From Polyangiaceae bacterium (GTDB taxonomy: Bacteria > Myxococcota_A > Polyangia > Polyangiales > Polyangiaceae), in NCBI GenBank assembly GCA_044376115.1, contig JBILLK010000034.1, positions 47,596-111,595 of the forward strand: a stretch of DNA of 64,000 nt, written 5' to 3'. The position numbers and the translations under genes were made by a program. Below, one piece after another: positions 37,197 through 45,675 of the stretch. The notes below the pieces were generated by a model that saw only the letters and a list, made by a program, of their open reading frames with translations, was not told where the DNA came from and did no database searches. Numbering within the stretch: position 1 is the stretch's first letter; every line of letters starts with the position of its first letter.

Positions 37197-38666
37197 ATGA
37201 GAAGCGCCCCATTCGACAATAGCTACGCCAAACTACCGGAGCCGTTCTTCGCGCGGGTCAAGCCCACGAAGGTGAAGCGACCCCAGCTGATTCGAGTCAA
37301 CCAGCCTTTGGCTGAGCTCTTGGGTCTCGACCCTGCTGAGCTCTCCTCCGAAGCAGGCGTTGAAATGCTTGCAGGTAACCTGTTACCGGAGGGCGCAGAG
37401 CCTATTGCGTTGGCGTACGCCGGCCATCAGTTTGGTTCGTTCGTTCCACAGCTCGGAGATGGCCGCGCGATCTTGCTAGGCGAGTTGCTGGGAAAAGACG
37501 GATTGCGACGGGATCTCCAGCTCAAGGGTTCAGGGCCGACCCCCTTTTCACGCCGCGGGGATGGTCGTGCCGCTTTAGGGCCGGTGCTGCGGGAGTACAT
37601 CGTAAGCGAGGCGATGTTTGCGTTGGGCATTCCGACGACGCGTGCACTTGCAGCGGTGACGACCGGAGAGGTCGTGGTCCGTGAGGAGCTGCAACCCGGC
37701 GCCGTCCTCTCGCGAGTGGCCGCAAGCCATCTGCGCGTTGGTACGTTCGAGTTCTTCGCCGCGCGCCGCGATGAAGAGTCGCTGCGGTGCTTGGTGGACT
37801 ATGCGCTCTTGCGTCACTACCCCCAATGCTTTGGCGCCGACGTTCCGGCCCTGGCACTGCTAGATTGTGTGATTGATGCTCAGGCCAATCTGGTAGCGCG
37901 TTGGCTGGGCGTAGGCTTCATTCACGGCGTAATGAACACGGACAATACGTCCATCTCGGGAGAGACCATCGACTACGGTCCGTGCGCTTTCCTCGACGAG
38001 TATCGGCCGGACAAGAAGTTCAGTTCGATCGATCACGGCAAGCGTTATGCTTTCGGAAACCAACCGCGTATCGCGCAATGGAATGTAACCGCCTTCGCGG
38101 AGACGTTGGTTCTCCTCCTTGGCACCGAGGCCGAAGCCGTGAAGTCGCTAACCGATCGACTTGCGCGCTTTCCGCTGCGATTCGAGCAAGCCTATCTAGA
38201 CGTGCTCGGTGCCAAGTTGGGGCTCTCTCAATGTGACGCCCAAGACCGCGCACTCGCCGAGGACCTGTTTGAACGCATGGCGGCAAGTGAAGTGGACTTT
38301 ACGTTGCTATTCCGACGGTTGTGCGATGCAGCAGAGTCGCCAACGGCAGATAGTAAGGTAGCCGAGCTATTTGAACACGCTGGCGCCTTCTATGATTGGG
38401 CGGAGCGCTGGCGCAGTAGGCTCGAGCGTGAGTCGGCGAGCCCCGGTGAGCGTGCGCAGGCGATGCGTCTTGTCAACCCGGCCTTCATCCCGCGTAACCA
38501 CCGTATCGCCGAGGCCATCTCCGCGGCCGTCGACGGCGATTTCTCGGTCTTCGAGCGGCTGACGACCGTCCTCGAGCGTCCCTTCGTGGACCAGCCCGAG
38601 GCTGCGGAACTCGCGCTCCCTCCGAAGAAAGAAGAGCGCGTCCGCGCGACCTTCTGCGGTACTTAG
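37197..38666 (+). CDS. selO: Protein adenylyltransferase SelO (YdiU)
   Basis: YAGHQFG, LGDGRA, QLKGSG.TPFSR.GDGRA, GFIHGVMNTDN, IDYGP, IPRNH and C-terminal TFCGT. Confidence 0.95.
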   Translation: MRSAPFDNSYAKLPEPFFARVKPTKVKRPQLIRVNQPLAELLGLDPAELSSEAGVEMLAGNLLPEGAEPIALAYAGHQFGSFVPQLGDGRAILLGELLGKDGLRRDLQLKGSGPTPFSRRGDGRAALGPVLREYIVSEAMFALGIPTTRALAAVTTGEVVVREELQPGAVLSRVAASHLRVGTFEFFAARRDEESLRCLVDYALLRHYPQCFGADVPALALLDCVIDAQANLVARWLGVGFIHGVMNTDNTSISGETIDYGPCAFLDEYRPDKKFSSIDHGKRYAFGNQPRIAQWNVTAFAETLVLLLGTEAEAVKSLTDRLARFPLRFEQAYLDVLGAKLGLSQCDAQDRALAEDLFERMAASEVDFTLLFRRLCDAAESPTADSKVAELFEHAGAFYDWAERWRSRLERESASPGERAQAMRLVNPAFIPRNHRIAEAISAAVDGDFSVFERLTTVLERPFVDQPEAAELALPPKKEERVRATFCGT

Positions 38667-38687
38667 CGCGACGATGGCGAACGGGCT

Positions 38688-39674
38688 CTAGCGGTCTTCG
38701 CGGCGCCCTCGAGTGCGCCGTGCAGCGTGTAATCCGAGCAGGAGTCCGGCGAGCCAAGGCCATCCCGAAGCCTCGTTCGCCTGGACCGCTCCTATTGAGC
38801 AGCCTCCTTCCGCGGACTCGGACGTCCCGCCGCCGCTGCTACTGCTCGAGGATTCGGACGCTCCGGAGCCAGCGCTTTCCCCGCCGCCCCCGCTGCCAGT
38901 GCCCCCCTCGGCGGTAAAGGATACGAACTCAGCGAGGAACGGCTTGTAAAGATCGGTTCGTCGATAGTGGGCTGGTTCGAGGCAGCCCGCTAGATCGGTA
39001 TAGGAGTTGACGCCCACCACCGTCTCGACGCCGTCCAGGACGACCAGCGCCGGCCCGCCCGAATCCCCGATGCAAGAACGCCTATCGAGATCACCGACCG
39101 TAATCGTATCGCCCGGATCGATCGCTGCGATTACCGTATTGGCGCTGTGCTTTTGAGCGTTCGGCTGCTCATAGGCCGTTTGCCCGTAGCCAACGATGCG
39201 CGCCGCTTCACCGACCAACGCTTCATCTAGCTCCGTCGTTAGCACAGGCAGCGGCGACGCTCCGAGTTCTACCGGTAGCGTTATGACGGCAATATCAGCG
39301 GTGAAGGGAGGGTCTGGATCGTAGTCCGGGTGGATGTGAATCGCCTCGATCGCCAGGAGCTGTGGAACGAGCGTGGACGCCGACGGAAAAGCGTTCGCGT
39401 TTGCTCCAGTGAAGACGCCGAAGTTGCCATCGGGGTGAAGCTCCTCATCGACGCAATGGGCGGCGGTGAGCAGCACCTTGGGAGCGATCAACGTCGCCGT
39501 GCACAGATCGAGCTGCGTCAGGTCGGAGCTCCAAGACGCCAACATGACGACCGCAGGATCGCCAGACTCTGGCTCCCCGCCGATAATCGGTTGCGAGGCC
39601 GTTGCCGGGCGTTCGCTTTGGGGTTCACAAGCGAGGACCAACGTTAGCGTGGAAAGCAGCGTGCGAAGCTTCAC
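38688..39674 (-). CDS. S1 (trypsin-like) serine protease with N-terminal lipobox and C-terminal MYXO-CTERM
   Basis: GTG 39674 overlaps the upstream stop; LVLAC lipobox; IIGG; LTAAHC, ADIA, GDSGGP; tail GGCS...hydrophobic segment...RRTRGRR. Confidence 0.88.
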   Translation of the reverse strand: MKLRTLLSTLTLVLACEPQSERPATASQPIIGGEPESGDPAVVMLASWSSDLTQLDLCTATLIAPKVLLTAAHCVDEELHPDGNFGVFTGANANAFPSASTLVPQLLAIEAIHIHPDYDPDPPFTADIAVITLPVELGASPLPVLTTELDEALVGEAARIVGYGQTAYEQPNAQKHSANTVIAAIDPGDTITVGDLDRRSCIGDSGGPALVVLDGVETVVGVNSYTDLAGCLEPAHYRRTDLYKPFLAEFVSFTAEGGTGSGGGGESAGSGASESSSSSSGGGTSESAEGGCSIGAVQANEASGWPWLAGLLLGLHAARRTRGRREDR

Positions 39675-41044
39675 GGCAACGCAATCTCGGCAAATGCGAT
39701 ATGCGTCTTGCCTGCACTGTTCTCGGTGAAGGATACGAATCCGCTCGTACCCGGTACGGTGAGCCCCACGTAAGCGCCCAACCAACTAGCCAATGCTAGG
39801 TCGGTCGTCAGCGTTCCGGCAGGCGCGATTGGTGCGCGTGTCCAGCTGGCCCCTTGGTCGCTGGAGGACGCGTGCATGAAGGTTGCGTCAGCGTCGACCA
39901 CGCCTTGGTAGTATGCAATCTCCAGCCTGCCGTCGGGGCTAATGGCGATGCGTGGAAACAGGTATTGGCCCTCGTTGGCGAGGGTGACGGCCTTGGGCTG
40001 GGAGAAGCTCACTCCTGCGTCCTCTGAAACCGCAACGTAGATAGCGTCTGCAGGCGTATCGTCGGTGGTGGAGAACTGGCCGGCTCCACTGGCGTAGGCG
40101 ATGGTGAGCGTATTGCCGTCCACTACGCAGTTGGGCTCTTGAAAGACGACGCTGGCTGCTGGGGGAGCCGCGAGCAGCTCCCAACTTTGACCTTGAGTCG
40201 TTGACTTGCGCAAGCTCAGCGTCCCGTCGGGCCCAAGGTGCACGACGTAGAGCGGCGCGCTTCCGCCAAGCGATCGATCGAGGCAAAGGCTCGCTAGATT
40301 GCCGAAGGTGAGGTCGGAGACGATCTCGCTGCGGGTGAAGTCGAGGCCGTCATCGGACCGCGCAAACGTCAGGGTTGGCGTGCCGCTGAAGTCCGCCCAG
40401 GTCAGCAATACCTCATCGTTGGCATCGACGTTGATATACGGCTTGTCGAAGTCGAGCGTGGTCGAGGTCCCGTCATCGGAGGCGACCACCGGCGACCCGA
40501 AGGTGTCCGCCTGGGCGTCAAGACGAGCTACATAGATATGCTCATCGGGCTCGGCGAAGTCGAGGCGGAAGCCAAGCCAAGCCAAGGTGAACACGCCTTG
40601 GCTGTCCACTGTCAGCACAGGATTGGTGGATAGGCGTTGTTCGGGGGCCGCTAGGTAAGCGGGAGCGGTGAAAGACGCTCCACCGTCGCGCGAGATCGAA
40701 TAGCCGACGGCGCTCGGTCCTTCGGTAAAGACGGCCACCCAAACCACGACAATCCCACCACTGCCGTCGCTTGCAATGGTGGTTTGCGTCTCGAAGGAGC
40801 TATCCCCGAGAGAGCTGAAGCCAGCCGCCGCTCCTCCTGCACCTCCGTCGCCGCCCGCTCCCCCGCTACTGGGGCTACCCCCGCTGGTTTGGCCGCCACT
40901 GCTCGTGGAGGACTCTCCCGCATTGCCACCACTGCCGCCGCTCACTGGGCCGCCCGCGGAACCCCCATCATCCCCGCAGTGACTGAGCGCGAGTACGGCG
41001 AGGCCAAGGCTGGCTGCCGTTGCCGGAAAGAATCGAAAGCGCAC
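39671..41044 (-). CDS. BNR/Asp-box (sialidase-like) beta-propeller lipoprotein
   Basis: Lipobox LSHC, Gly/Ser linker; SRDGGASF, SDDGLDF, STTQGQSW, SEDAGVSF and SSDQGASW motifs. Confidence 0.8.
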   Translation of the reverse strand: MRFRFFPATAASLGLAVLALSHCGDDGGSAGGPVSGGSGGNAGESSTSSGGQTSGGSPSSGGAGGDGGAGGAAAGFSSLGDSSFETQTTIASDGSGGIVVVWVAVFTEGPSAVGYSISRDGGASFTAPAYLAAPEQRLSTNPVLTVDSQGVFTLAWLGFRLDFAEPDEHIYVARLDAQADTFGSPVVASDDGTSTTLDFDKPYINVDANDEVLLTWADFSGTPTLTFARSDDGLDFTRSEIVSDLTFGNLASLCLDRSLGGSAPLYVVHLGPDGTLSLRKSTTQGQSWELLAAPPAASVVFQEPNCVVDGNTLTIAYASGAGQFSTTDDTPADAIYVAVSEDAGVSFSQPKAVTLANEGQYLFPRIAISPDGRLEIAYYQGVVDADATFMHASSSDQGASWTRAPIAPAGTLTTDLALASWLGAYVGLTVPGTSGFVSFTENSAGKTHIAFAEIALP

Positions 41045-41056
41045 GTTATGTCTTCC

Positions 41057-42718
41057 TCAAACGTAGATGGCCATTTTGGAGACCCAACTCGAAGGGTGCT
41101 CGATTAACTGTTTCAGCCATTCTGGGTGCTCCTTCAGCGCCTTGTGGGCTTCCGCTTGAGGGAGTCCGCGTCGAGCGAAATCGACAGCCATCTGGCGGCG
41201 AGCCTGCCAAACGATCTTTGGCTCGCGATCGAGTTGGGGGTGCGGAACCTTCTGTCCGAGCAGGATAGTGTCGAGCCCATGGAGACCGTAGAAGAAGACG
41301 CCTGTGGTCTCGTTGAGTTGTGTCCGCATGGCGCGCGGCAAAAGCGAGAGCGGACCGTACTGGCGGAATAGTTCCAGCGCGGTCGTGAGCCCCGATATGT
41401 CAGTCGTCTCTCGGACGTCTCGCCAGAACTTCGTCTCGAGGCGCTGATTGAACTTGTAGTGGGCAGACAGGAACCAACGCAATCGGTCCCAATCTCGGGC
41501 TGCGCTTTGGTTGATGAACTGCTTCATGGCGCTCTCCTCAGGGCCTAAGGGGAAGGCGCGAACAAGCGAGCTGATCGCCCGCGTAATCATCAATAGGCCG
41601 GTTGATTCGAGCGGCTCAACGAAAGCGTAGGCGTTACCTATGGCGTAGACGTTGCCCACCCAAGCGCGCTCTCTGCGCCCGGAACGAAAGCGCACCAACC
41701 GTTCATTGCTCAAATCAGGCCACTGTTTGCGAGCCTCTTCCAGCGCTTGATCTTGGGAGCAATGGGACGATGAGTAGACGTACCCGAGGTGGTCGTTCTC
41801 AAACATGGGGATGTTCCAGCACCAGCCGTGGTCCATCGTCCGCGCTGTCGTATAGGGCTTGATTTTGCCGCTGTGCGGCGCGTTGAAGGCCACCGCCGAG
41901 TCGGTTAGGAGGCTCGAGCTGTAGCTCTTGAAGGGTTCGGCAAGTTTGTCGCCGAGAAGAAAGGAGCGAAACCCCGAACAATCAACGTAAAGATCGAACT
42001 CCAGCGCCTCCCCGCTATCGCTCAATAGCCTTCGAATCCGGGGTTCTCCGGGCGCCGCCTCCGGATCAAGCTCGGCGTCGACAATCTTTGTGTTGCGGTG
42101 GATGACCCCCCGAGCAACGGCCGTTCGGGTCAGGTAACTCACCAAGCGCTGATTATCGAGGTGGTAGGCAAACGCCAGGAGCGGCAAGAATGACTGTACT
42201 TGCCCGCCGTTTTTTAGAATGGGCGTGGTGTCGCGCTCCATGAGCGCTGCTTGCAAGGTGAAGGCGCTTACGTTGCCGGTCTCTCCCATCGCCCCCAGCA
42301 TGCCGATGCCGTTGACCTCCCAATCGAAGGGGGCTTGGAAGGCGTAGTCTCCTGGCTGGCCCCACTCAAAGCGAATGCCCTGCTTCCAGGTTGGCTGGAC
42401 CTCGCGAGTGAACTCAGCAACGTCCAGTTTGAGATAATGGTGAAGGAACGCGACGAGGCTCGGTACGCTCGCTTCGCCCACGCCGATGATTGGCACGCTC
42501 GGCGTCTCGATCACCGTCACTTCGAGGAACGGCAGCTGCGCACGCAGCGCCAGCGCTGTAAACCACCCCGCCGTACCCCCACCGAGGATACCCACCCGCA
42601 AGACTCCCTGGGCCGGTGCGCTTTGCGGGCGAAACCGCTCGCGGCGCAGAAGTTCATGATTGGTGAAGAGCTCCTGCAGCATTTGCATGGTGATCGGAGC
42701 CTTTGAGGGCGGTTGCAT
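41057..42718 (-). CDS. Flavin-dependent tryptophan halogenase family protein (MibH-like)
   Basis: GGGTAG, IGVGEAS, catalytic Lys in PTWKQGIRF, WCWNIP and FVEPLEST motifs. Confidence 0.92.
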   Translation of the reverse strand: MQPPSKAPITMQMLQELFTNHELLRRERFRPQSAPAQGVLRVGILGGGTAGWFTALALRAQLPFLEVTVIETPSVPIIGVGEASVPSLVAFLHHYLKLDVAEFTREVQPTWKQGIRFEWGQPGDYAFQAPFDWEVNGIGMLGAMGETGNVSAFTLQAALMERDTTPILKNGGQVQSFLPLLAFAYHLDNQRLVSYLTRTAVARGVIHRNTKIVDAELDPEAAPGEPRIRRLLSDSGEALEFDLYVDCSGFRSFLLGDKLAEPFKSYSSSLLTDSAVAFNAPHSGKIKPYTTARTMDHGWCWNIPMFENDHLGYVYSSSHCSQDQALEEARKQWPDLSNERLVRFRSGRRERAWVGNVYAIGNAYAFVEPLESTGLLMITRAISSLVRAFPLGPEESAMKQFINQSAARDWDRLRWFLSAHYKFNQRLETKFWRDVRETTDISGLTTALELFRQYGPLSLLPRAMRTQLNETTGVFFYGLHGLDTILLGQKVPHPQLDREPKIVWQARRQMAVDFARRGLPQAEAHKALKEHPEWLKQLIEHPSSWVSKMAIYV

Positions 42719-42909
42719 GGGCGCGCAGTCTAGCCCAGGGCGGCTCCGTTGTGGGTGTGCTGCCGTTCGGGCATGACTCCCATGAGAATGAGATAAAGCC
42801 TAACTGTCGCAGTGGGTCTTCCTCATTGTGTCACCGTCCGAGCGATCCACTCTAGAGCGAAGGCTCGCGCGGGCAGGGTTTGTCCGAAGGCGACAGTCCA
42901 CGGAGACCA

Positions 42910-43854
42910 ATGGAATTAGTCAGTGTTGCTAGCCCGCTCGTGTGGGTCGCCTTTCTGGCATTTGTCCTCGTCATGCTCGCGCTCGACCTGGGTGTCTTTC
43001 ATAAACACGCCCATGAGGTGAGCTTCAAGGAGGCGGCCGGCTGGAGCTGCGTTTGGGTAACACTCGCGCTGATTTTCAACGGCATCCTGTGGTCTCAGTT
43101 CGGGTCGAAGCTGGCTACTGAGTTTTTGACCGGCTACCTGATCGAGAAGACGCTGAGCATCGATAACATTTTCGTCTTCGTCGTCATCTTTGGCTCACTG
43201 AAGGTCCCATCCCTCTACCAACACCGCGTCCTTTTCTGGGGCATCCTTGGCGCGCTGGTGATGCGCGCGGCGATGATCTTCGCTGGCGTAAGCATGCTGG
43301 AGCGGTTTCACTGGCTCATCTACGTGTTCGGCGCGTTCCTCATCTTCACCGGGATCAAGCTGCTCGTTGACAAGGATGATGCCAAGGACCCTGAGAAGGG
43401 CCTGTTCTTGCGCACGGTTCGCAAGCTTGTTCCTTCGACCCCGGACTACGACGGCGAGCGTTTCTTCTCAAAGCGGGGTGGCCGGTGGTTGGCGACGCCA
43501 CTGTTCATGGCGCTCTTGTTGGTCGAGATGACGGACGTCGTGTTCGCCCTCGATTCGATTCCCGCGATCTTCGCCGTGACGCGCGACCCCTTCATTGTCT
43601 TTACGTCCAACATCTTCGCGATTCTTGGTCTGCGCTCGCTCTTCTTCTTGCTCGCCGGGGTAATGGATCGGTTCGCGTACCTCAAGGTGGGTCTCTCTGG
43701 CGTGCTGATGTTCGTGGGTTTGAAGATGGCTCTTGTCGACTTCATCAAGGTACCCGCAGCGCTATCTCTCCTCGTGATCGCCCTCATCCTTGGCAGCTCG
43801 ATTGGTGTCTCTCTCTGGGTTTCACGTAAGCCAAAGGAGCAAGGGCTGGTTTGA
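42910..43854 (+). CDS. TerC/Alx family membrane protein
   Basis: LALDLG.F, GYLIEKTLSIDNIFVF, QHRVLFWGILGA, TDVVFALDSIPAI and FTSNIFAILGLRSL; SD GGAG. Confidence 0.95.
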   Translation: MELVSVASPLVWVAFLAFVLVMLALDLGVFHKHAHEVSFKEAAGWSCVWVTLALIFNGILWSQFGSKLATEFLTGYLIEKTLSIDNIFVFVVIFGSLKVPSLYQHRVLFWGILGALVMRAAMIFAGVSMLERFHWLIYVFGAFLIFTGIKLLVDKDDAKDPEKGLFLRTVRKLVPSTPDYDGERFFSKRGGRWLATPLFMALLLVEMTDVVFALDSIPAIFAVTRDPFIVFTSNIFAILGLRSLFFLLAGVMDRFAYLKVGLSGVLMFVGLKMALVDFIKVPAALSLLVIALILGSSIGVSLWVSRKPKEQGLV

Positions 43855-44852
43855 TCCGCTCGAAGCGTACCCTCTCGGACCGGGTTGCCCGAGAGGTGGA
43901 TCCGCTCGAGCGGCGGCTGACGAATCAACTTCTCTCGTGCGAGCCGTTGGAGCAAGTTGAGCTTCAACCCATCCCTTCGTCTGCGCCCAGCGCGGGAAGC
44001 CGGCCTTCGACGCTGTTTCGCTCGCCGGCTGGCGTGAGGTACTTCTTCAAAGCAGCAACGGATGAACACGTAGCGGCGGAGATGTTCGCCTGCGAAGTAC
44101 GCAAGCTCGGCCGTCGAGCTGTGGTGCCGACTGCTGCTCGGGAACTGCAACTTCCGGGGGTGGGAACTGTTCGTGGGATGCTTCAACCTTGGGTTGAACA
44201 TACGGGGCAGAGGCTTCCGGCCGACCCGCGGGCTTGGACCCCAGTTCAGCGTGAAGTGATGCTCCGGGAGCACCCGTGGGAGTGGCTGCTAGCCAATCTT
44301 GATACCCACGTAGATCAGTACGTACTCGTTGGTGATGCGGTAGTCCCGCTCAACGTGGATTGGGACCACTCGCTCTCCGACTTGCACGTGACCGAGCTCG
44401 ATCGCTTCACCTCTCGGAGCCTGCTGGTTGCACCACTTCGCAACGCTCTCTACGACGCCCACGTTGCTGGCCGCCTGGAGCTAGAGTTCGGTGGGCTTCG
44501 GCGCGAGGTCCGGCGGATTGCTCGGCTGAGCGATTACGAGCTATCGACCGCGTTCGAGCGTTGGGCTCGGCGCAGTGGCGTTTCGCCTGAAGTCTACGCG
44601 TTGAGCCGCGCTCGCTTCTTTCAACGAAAAAAGAGAATTGCCCGTACCTTCGGTCGCTTTCTACGCTCTCTGCGGCGAGAGCGGCGGCTGCGCTCCGACC
44701 CATCACAAGCCATGCCGCTCGGGGAGGCCCTGTACGTGATGATGGCGCAGACCTGGCAGCGTCTTGTCATCGATACGCTGCATGACCGAGCGGTGGTTCC
44801 CTTTTTAAGGGTCTATCGACGCGGCCTCCATTTGTGGCACACGCTCGGGTAA
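43851..44852 (+). CDS. Hypothetical protein with HipA/PI3K-like kinase motifs
   Basis: YFFK (beta3 Lys), AAEMFA (alphaC Glu), WLLANLDTHVDQ (catalytic loop) and NVDWD; TTGA overlap with the terC stop. Confidence 0.55.
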   Translation: MIRSKRTLSDRVAREVDPLERRLTNQLLSCEPLEQVELQPIPSSAPSAGSRPSTLFRSPAGVRYFFKAATDEHVAAEMFACEVRKLGRRAVVPTAARELQLPGVGTVRGMLQPWVEHTGQRLPADPRAWTPVQREVMLREHPWEWLLANLDTHVDQYVLVGDAVVPLNVDWDHSLSDLHVTELDRFTSRSLLVAPLRNALYDAHVAGRLELEFGGLRREVRRIARLSDYELSTAFERWARRSGVSPEVYALSRARFFQRKKRIARTFGRFLRSLRRERRLRSDPSQAMPLGEALYVMMAQTWQRLVIDTLHDRAVVPFLRVYRRGLHLWHTLG

Positions 44853-44896
44853 CTGCGGCCACCGTGCACCCGAGCCTCCCAGGGCATGTCGGGAGG

Positions 44897-45586
44897 TCAG
44901 CCGATCTTGACGGTTCGCTCCTTACGCGCCGTAAAGATATCGAAGAACTTCGCTGCGACGACACTGGCCTCAAGGGTTGCGTTGCCGCTGTCGAAGGGCG
45001 TTCCTTTGACCATGCCCAAGACCACGACCTCGCCCACGTAGATGCCTTCTGCTGCGAGCTTCTCGCCTAGTAGACCCACCAGCTTGTGTTGCGCTGCTTT
45101 GGCTACGGCGAGCCCCATCACGTTCCATCGCACGGCCATCGTGTCGACCTTGGAGTCGTAGAACGCAAGTCCTCCACCGGTCACGAGGACCGCGCTGTCC
45201 GGCTGCTGCTTGAGGTCCGGGAGCGCCTCCTGCACGGCGGCCAACAGGCCCGTTACCCCAACGTCGAAGCTCTTCCGCACCTCATCGAGGTGAGCCGTCG
45301 TAAGGTCTCCTGCCCCGGCCGCATAGGCGTTCCAATGAATCACGGTTACGCGTCCCAAAGCCTCTCGAACCGAGCGCACCAGTTGGGTGACTGCCTCCGG
45401 CTCACTCAAGTCGGTAGGAAACGCAAGCGCCTTGATTCCCAAGGCGCTGAGCGCCTTGACGCCGGCCTCGAGCTTGTCCGCTGAGCGTGCAACCAGCGCC
45501 ACGGCAAAGCCCTCCGCTCCGAACTTGCGCGCAACCGCGTCTGAAATTCCGGGGCCATAGCCGCAAACGATGATGGTCTTGCTCAT
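44897..45586 (-). CDS. Short-chain dehydrogenase/reductase (atypical)
   Basis: IIVCGYGPGIS.AVA.KF, ALVARS and WNA motifs; YxxxK replaced by LAVAK. Confidence 0.88.
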   Translation of the reverse strand: MSKTIIVCGYGPGISDAVARKFGAEGFAVALVARSADKLEAGVKALSALGIKALAFPTDLSEPEAVTQLVRSVREALGRVTVIHWNAYAAGAGDLTTAHLDEVRKSFDVGVTGLLAAVQEALPDLKQQPDSAVLVTGGGLAFYDSKVDTMAVRWNVMGLAVAKAAQHKLVGLLGEKLAAEGIYVGEVVVLGMVKGTPFDSGNATLEASVVAAKFFDIFTARKERTVKIG

Positions 45587-45675
45587 ACGCCGCGATAGCA
45601 ACGTGGCGAGCGCGCCGCTAGCTGATTAGCTGATTGAGGCTAGTTGCAGGGCGGTCGATTGACTAGCCTACACTC

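Noticed and set aside
42730..42826. Small precursor-peptide ORFs upstream of the halogenase
   Set aside because: Only 8-aa and 17-aa minus-strand ORFs, with no Trp, no SD sequence and no leader-like character.
42719..42909. yybP-ykoY (Mn) riboswitch expected upstream of terC/alx
   Set aside because: I could not find the GGGGAGUA and CGUCAA..AC core elements by eye. An Rfam RF00080 scan would settle it.
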